Shown here in pieces: positions 58,810-64,000 of a stretch of 64,000 bases of DNA. The stretch lies in the IMG/VR virus record IMGVR_UViG_3300031578_000005, positions 32,001 through 96,000 of that record; one strand, given 5' to 3'. Every line of letters begins with the position of its first letter. Within the stretch, counting starts at the first letter, position 1. A program made the translations under genes and the position numbers. The notes beneath the pieces were generated by a model, which was not told the origin of the DNA, did not search any database, and was given only the letters and a program-made list of their open reading frames with translations. This stretch comes from a virus.

Positions 58810-58910
58810 AAGTCTGTAATTTTACAGAAGTAAATTTAATCAAAATTACTTTAAAATGCAATAGTATTTATAAATAAATAAATAGATTTTATCACGTTAA
58901 TTATAAACAC

Positions 58911-59816
58911 ATGAATAATTATTATCAGATATTAATTATGAATAGTGGCAACATCATTCATAATGCTTTTGCGACATCACATAAAGACTTAATCAATAAG
59001 TATTTGGCCAATTCAGATGTTCAAAATAAAACATATTTTAAAGCAACATTTACACCCAGAGAAAATTCCAGACTAGATGATGTAGATAATTACCAATTGA
59101 TTATAAATGAAAATTATGTTCCCGAATGGTTTCATGGTGAATTGGCAGAAAATATCGTCATTGACTTAAAAATAATAATCACTTCAATGATAATCAGAAG
59201 CTATAAACGGCTATTATTAAATGAGGGTGCAATACTAATTGGTAATGCAATAATTGATGACGTTAAGAATTCAATTGTTTTTGGAATGTATGATAACGCC
59301 AAAATAAAAACACTGGATGATACTTCAAGAATTATATTAATGACAGGTAGTGCTGGTGTAGATGTTATGACTGATGTTACAATTATTGATGAAATGCGTG
59401 AAGGTGCAAGCGTCAGGCAAATGCTGGGCTATAGTAAGATATTATCAATGTTCGAACAAACACGTGTTAATTCAATTAATGACTACGCCAGAATTGGTAT
59501 ATTAAAAGGAAGTTCAAAAATAAATGAAATGCATGATGATTCAAAAGCCGATAGACTTAAACACATCTCATCAATAACTGAAATGCATGGTCACGCAGTT
59601 ATTGAGGAAATGTGGGATTGGTCAGTTGTTGAGAAAATGTTCGATCAATCAAAAATTAATTACATGGACGAAGATACTAAGGTCTTGGAAATGTATGGTG
59701 AATCAACCATTAATGAAATGCATGGAAATGCTGTTGTTGAGAGATTATGCGAAAATTCATTGGTGAGAAAATTATATAATGCCGCACAAATACTAAGAAA
59801 TGAACTTGAAGGATAA
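58911..59816 (+). CDS. beta-helix-like repeat protein
   Basis: 11-residue EMHGxAxI-type repeats. Confidence 0.7.
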   Translation: MNNYYQILIMNSGNIIHNAFATSHKDLINKYLANSDVQNKTYFKATFTPRENSRLDDVDNYQLIINENYVPEWFHGELAENIVIDLKIIITSMIIRSYKRLLLNEGAILIGNAIIDDVKNSIVFGMYDNAKIKTLDDTSRIILMTGSAGVDVMTDVTIIDEMREGASVRQMLGYSKILSMFEQTRVNSINDYARIGILKGSSKINEMHDDSKADRLKHISSITEMHGHAVIEEMWDWSVVEKMFDQSKINYMDEDTKVLEMYGESTINEMHGNAVVERLCENSLVRKLYNAAQILRNELEG

Positions 59817-60150
59817 TATGTTGAAAAAATTAGTAATTATAATGTTGATGTTAATCAGTATGAACGCATCTGCTAAACATTATCGGATATATAATTATAA
59901 TGGCAGTAAATGTGAGATGATTAGTTATAATGACAATCTCGAATTAGATGGTACCTGCAAAACATGGAATAATAACGTCTTAATCAGCATCAGTCACTAT
60001 AAAAACGGCATCAAAACCCGGACGTGGAAAGTCTATTATCGCAATGGCGGTTTAGAATATAAAATTAAATACAGAAATGGTGTAAAGACTGGCACGTGGA
60101 AACATTATGACGAACATGGTGTTGTTATTGAAGAAAAACAATATCAGTAA
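59800..60150 (+). CDS. MORN-variant repeat protein with signal peptide
   Basis: YKNG.K..TWK.YY.NG repeats. Confidence 0.7.
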   Translation: MNLKDNMLKKLVIIMLMLISMNASAKHYRIYNYNGSKCEMISYNDNLELDGTCKTWNNNVLISISHYKNGIKTRTWKVYYRNGGLEYKIKYRNGVKTGTWKHYDEHGVVIEEKQYQ

Positions 60151-60228
60151 TTGCTATAAACATAACGTAATTTTAAGCTATGGAGAAAAACACAGACAGT
60201 ACATATAAATGCATCTGTTAAAACTCCA

Positions 60229-60422
60229 AAAAATTTCCAGAATTTTTTGATGGCCAGAATTTTTGCTAATTACTTATAGCATAAGGATTTTCGGAATTTT
60301 TGAAAATTTTTTCTGGGAAAATTTTTGCAGTCTTTATGTGAGGCTACAAGTGTAGCACCCCGGCCCCCTCAGAGGGGGGGTCTAACGGGGGGGTGTAAGG
60401 GGGGGATACGTAGGGGGTGGGG
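60229..60422. other. non-coding boundary element: AAAATTT(T)CC/GG repeats followed by five G-tracts
   Basis: G7 at 60374, 60387, 60399; G5 at 60413; G4 at 60419. Confidence 0.6.
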
Positions 60423-60522
60423 TGTATATATGTTAAAACCATATAAGACTTAAATAAACCCAGCAAATTCGAAAGATAATATAAAAGTAATACATCACAC
60501 CCATTTAGGATAGGAATTAAAA

Positions 60523-60548
60523 AACAGGGCTAAAACTGGCCCTGTTTT
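60523..60548 (-). terminator. intrinsic terminator
   Basis: AAAACAGGGC...GCCCTGTTTT. Confidence 0.7.
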
Positions 60549-60568
60549 GGTTGGTGTTTTAGTGGATG

Positions 60569-61135
60569 TTATTTAACACGTTCGAGGGTTTCACCATTGA
60601 TTTTAATTTCGTCGAGGTTTCCAACGAGGAAATCCCTGAATTTATCTGATCGAAGATCGAGGTGTTTTTTTATTGCTGATTTGGCAAGCGTTTTGTCTGA
60701 ACTTTTTACGGTTTTATATTGGCCTTTTACCAGAACTTTTTTACTAATGCTTTGACCGAAAATATGAACCTGCATAGTATCTTTATGCAAACGTATTGCA
60801 GGGGTTAAATTAATATAAGCATCAATTTGTCCCTTGCTTTGGTTGCTATGATCTTCAATATCAGCTGATAGGTTTTTTTCTGCTGATGCAAGCAATTCCT
60901 GTAGTGCTTGTTTGCAAATATCCACGGCAATACCAGAACTGGCAGAAATATTTAACAAGTCATTGTCATTGCAGGCTTTCAATCGTTGCAGATCGGTTTC
61001 TTTTGCATTTTTAACGCTGATGTTAACATTTACAACATAGTTTGCGATCTCCATCGTTGATTTGCTTTCATAACCATTAATGGCAATGAATGAACTACCT
61101 TTTAAGTTTTGAAATTTGTCGAAAAATGCTTTCAT
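60569..61135 (-). CDS. hypothetical protein
   Basis: 188 aa; ECF-type promoter at 61166-61191 (minus). Confidence 0.75.
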   Translation of the reverse strand: MKAFFDKFQNLKGSSFIAINGYESKSTMEIANYVVNVNISVKNAKETDLQRLKACNDNDLLNISASSGIAVDICKQALQELLASAEKNLSADIEDHSNQSKGQIDAYINLTPAIRLHKDTMQVHIFGQSISKKVLVKGQYKTVKSSDKTLAKSAIKKHLDLRSDKFRDFLVGNLDEIKINGETLERVK

Positions 61136-61417
61136 AATATCGATGTTTTGGTTTATATGTACTAATACGGTTTTTACTGGAAAAGGTTACAAAATAACTA
61201 GTTTTTTTCTGATAAAACCAGATTATTTTTATCTTTGCCCGATATTTACTGCCATTATATATATATTGAAATTATCTGCACTCATAACTATTTGATTTAC
61301 AGCGATGTTACAAATTAATTAAAAATAATCTAATAAAAATGCAACCTTTTTTGTAACATATCGTACACAGGGATATAAAACAAAACAAACACAGTACTAA
61401 CAATAAATTTTGACAAG

Positions 61418-62110
61418 ATGAAAGCAAATGTAAATAACAAAAAAAATCAGAGTAGGTACAACAAGTCTGAAATTTTGAAACGGGCATGGAAAATTTTCAA
61501 GTCAGAAAACAATGATAAGAACTTTGGTGATTGCTTGCGTGAAAGTTGGAGTATTGCCAAAAATGGTAATAACGTATCTACTTTTGAGGAGATATATAAA
61601 AAGTATAATAAACAACTATACTATTTTATACTGGCAATGATAAAAAACGAAGACAGTGCCAAAGAAATTCTGCAAGATGTTTTCATGAGGTTAGACCGGC
61701 ATTTTGAGGAGTATGATGTATATAAGGCAAAAATTTCGACATGGTTACATACAATAGCGAAGAATCTTGTAATTGACTATATAAGAAAAGAAAAACAAAC
61801 CCGTAACACCGTTAATGTGAGTGATTACGTAGATAGTGAAGGCAACGAATTTTTTATTGTTCCTGATAGCAGTAAAAGTTCGGGTTTAGTTGAGAATAAA
61901 GAGATCAGCGTAAAAATCGAATTAGCATTTGCAAATTTAAGTCCTAAACTCAAAAAAATCGCTGAATTGTATTTTATTGAGGAAAAACAATATCTGGAAA
62001 TTTCAGATATTTTAAATATGCCAATGGGATCGGTAAAAGGTTATATTAATCGCATACGCTTGCAATTACAAACTGAATTAAAACAAGTCTACCAAACCAT
62101 TGATCAATAG
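61418..62110 (+). CDS. ECF-type RNA polymerase sigma factor with N-terminal extension
   Basis: region 2 AKEILQDVF...STWLHTIAKNLVIDYIRK; region 4 YLEISDILNMPMGSVKGYINR. Confidence 0.9.
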   Translation: MKANVNNKKNQSRYNKSEILKRAWKIFKSENNDKNFGDCLRESWSIAKNGNNVSTFEEIYKKYNKQLYYFILAMIKNEDSAKEILQDVFMRLDRHFEEYDVYKAKISTWLHTIAKNLVIDYIRKEKQTRNTVNVSDYVDSEGNEFFIVPDSSKSSGLVENKEISVKIELAFANLSPKLKKIAELYFIEEKQYLEISDILNMPMGSVKGYINRIRLQLQTELKQVYQTIDQ

Positions 62111-62246
62111 GACAATGTTCAGAACTGGTCGCAAATTGCAACCAGTTCATTTAATAAATACGGTTGTTATAAATGTAACTATTTTTAAATAAAAACGTAT
62201 AAGTACATATACAATGTTCAGAGTATAAACCTAAAATTATAAAGCA

Positions 62247-62573
62247 ATGACAATTAATTTAATAACACAATATGAATATGATTTATTAAAATCTATTCAA
62301 AAGGATTATCCAATACTTACATTCCAAAATAATGGGTATGAATATATCAATAAAAATATGTTTTCTGAAATGGATAAAATTGCATTTGATAATATACATA
62401 ACATATTAGCAAAGGCCATTGTTGGGTTTGTTAGGTTTGATAATTTTAAGTTGTCAAAGAAGGGTGAAATTAGAATACGTTTTCAATATTATTGGGATGA
62501 AAGATTTGCCGGTGTTGGTTATCTTGACTTAATTACTCTTTTAAATGGGTTTGAAGAAAATGAGTTGTGTTAA
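62247..62573 (+). CDS. hypothetical early protein
   Basis: 108 aa after repeat. Confidence 0.7.
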   Translation: MTINLITQYEYDLLKSIQKDYPILTFQNNGYEYINKNMFSEMDKIAFDNIHNILAKAIVGFVRFDNFKLSKKGEIRIRFQYYWDERFAGVGYLDLITLLNGFEENELC

Positions 62574-62633
62574 TTGTAACCTTTTCAGGTCAATTTACGT
62601 ATAAGTATATATAACCAATTAAATCATAAAGCA

Positions 62634-62891
62634 ATGGCAACAACTAAAGCAAAACCAGCAGTAAGAAACTTATCAGTAATTTGTAGTGAGATTCGTAAAG
62701 ATTGGGGATCAAAAATGTATTTTGGTGCCGTACCTTATTTTCAGGCAATGCAATGTTTGAATAGTGTCAATGACAATTACGGCATGGACAGCGGTAAAAG
62801 TATTGTGCTGTATTTTTTAAGCAATGCCGGAATGTGGCGGGGTGATGTAGCCAAAAGAATTAAATTGGAATTGAAAGCATTGTGTAAATAG
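62634..62891 (+). CDS. conserved small phage protein
   Basis: AVPYFQAM..DNYGMDSG..IVLYFLSNA..WRG. Confidence 0.75.
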   Translation: MATTKAKPAVRNLSVICSEIRKDWGSKMYFGAVPYFQAMQCLNSVNDNYGMDSGKSIVLYFLSNAGMWRGDVAKRIKLELKALCK

Positions 62892-62902
62892 CTTTATTCC
62901 TA

Positions 62903-62938
62903 AAAAAAAACCCTTATGTTATTGTAAGGGTTTTTTTG
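62903..62938 (+). terminator. intrinsic terminator
   Basis: AAAACCCTTA...TAAGGGTTTTTTT. Confidence 0.75.
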
Positions 62939-63013
62939 TTTTAATCCGTAACCTTTTCAAGTCAATGTACGTATAGATATTATGACAATATACTAACATA
63001 AAAACGCAAAGCA

Positions 63014-63274
63014 ATGGATATTAATCTTGACCTAATAACAACGAAAAACTATCCCAATTCTACAATATTAGGAATTAACGAAACATTTTACCCAAATGAG
63101 GGCTGGGTTAATAAAGGTAATAGTATCGTTCTTAATCAACCAATTGATGTGTTAAAAACAATTATTAAATTAAGAATTGCCAACGGTGCAACAAATTTCA
63201 ATTTTATTGTTAAGGATGAGTTTGATCAGATTCGTTATCCCGATTATTCGGCAAAGGAATTAATTGTTGCGTAA
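63014..63274 (+). CDS. hypothetical early protein
   Basis: 86 aa after repeat. Confidence 0.7.
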   Translation: MDINLDLITTKNYPNSTILGINETFYPNEGWVNKGNSIVLNQPIDVLKTIIKLRIANGATNFNFIVKDEFDQIRYPDYSAKELIVA

Positions 63275-63334
63275 TCCGTAACCTTTTCAGGTCAATGTAC
63301 GTATATGTACATATAAACCAAAAACATTAAAGCA

Positions 63335-63628
63335 ATGACAACTACTAATAATATCAGAACGTTTTACTTTAATACAGGTGTTAATCCCGCTAATGTACAT
63401 AACCCCGAATTTCCTTATGAATATCATAAGAGGGTTGGCAATGTTATCCGTAACGGTGTTTTACAGATACCATTCGATTGTGAGAATGTACCTGAAAATG
63501 CCACATTCAAATTTTTGACCAGTAATCCCGAATTGGATGAAGCAAAAAACCCTGAAATTATTGTACGTAAAGTTTTAAATTCGTCTATGGCTAGTGAATA
63601 TGCTTACTTTATTGTGCCATCACTGTAA
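63335..63628 (+). CDS. hypothetical early protein
   Basis: 97 aa; stop TAA lies inside the next TGTAAC. Confidence 0.7.
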   Translation: MTTTNNIRTFYFNTGVNPANVHNPEFPYEYHKRVGNVIRNGVLQIPFDCENVPENATFKFLTSNPELDEAKNPEIIVRKVLNSSMASEYAYFIVPSL

Positions 63629-63682
63629 CCTTTTCTGGTCAATGTACGTATAGATATCATAAACCAATTAAAACATCAGGCA

Positions 63683-64000
63683 ATGACAACAATTAGAAAA
63701 ACGTCAGAAAAAGCAACATATTTAGAGGGTAATTTTTATTTACGTGATGAGAAAATTAATTGGGCACACCCAATTAATTTTCCAACAATTTTCGTTGCAT
63801 ATGGAGCAGCAATAAAAAGTGGTAATTGGCAGAAATGTACAAGTATTAATACACCTCAATACGTTATTGATAATTATTTTAACAAACAATCAAGAGTATT
63901 AAGTGGTTTGTGGAAATATTGTTTTGAACTTGAAAAAATAACATGGAAACAAGTAAATGAAAATAAAGACCAAGTACTACAACTCATTAATTTGGCAAAC
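63683..64000 (+). CDS. partial hypothetical early protein (MTTIRKTSEK...)
   Basis: open to window end after repeat. Confidence 0.65.
   Translation, partial: MTTIRKTSEKATYLEGNFYLRDEKINWAHPINFPTIFVAYGAAIKSGNWQKCTSINTPQYVIDNYFNKQSRVLSGLWKYCFELEKITWKQVNENKDQVLQLINLAN

Larger units (their letters stand above)
62174..63682 (+). repeat. five ~60 bp promoter/translation-start repeats, each heading a small ORF
   Basis: GTAACCTTTTCAGGTCAATGTACGTATA...AAAGCAATG consensus at 62575, 62947, 63277, 63624; diverged copy at 62174. Confidence 0.85.

Noticed and set aside
62174-63682. CRISPR array
   Set aside because: Repeats are separated by 300-400 bp ORFs and contain promoter and start signals; no cas genes or 30-40 bp spacers.
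1-64000. Stop-codon reassignment
   Set aside because: Conserved genes are full length in code 11 and no CTA/TCA/TTA suppressor anticodon was identified.

Overview
AT-rich segment of a large T4-like ('huge') tailed phage genome in the standard genetic code. The host is very probably Bacteroidota, based on TTTG-N19-TAnnTTTG promoters and a T9SS-type cargo gene. The window holds a terminase large subunit, late/structural genes, class II RNR, an RNA ligase, a GMP reductase/IMPDH, an L7/L12 homolog, a YqeY protein, an ECF sigma factor, several free-standing endonucleases, about 38 tRNA or tRNA-like genes and a tmRNA. Main finding: the tRNAs fall into four clusters, and each is headed by a promoter, a short unannotated leader ORF and an intrinsic terminator, with an antiterminator inside the leader. 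Each leader is made largely of codons for the amino acids whose tRNAs follow: P/Q/H; L/V/D/A/E/W/G/M; K/Y; T/I/N/S/R/G/F/C. This points to ribosome-sensed attenuation that switches on replacement tRNAs when those codons stall. Also seen: nested host, ECF and late promoters; an ECF promoter regulon with a repeat-cassette array; an IS607-family element with helicase cargo that splits a gene at GG; TnpB omega-RNA-like MITEs; attC-like cassettes; a candidate -1 frameshift; and a G-tract boundary element. All calls are by eye, so RNA boundaries are approximate and no database searches were run.
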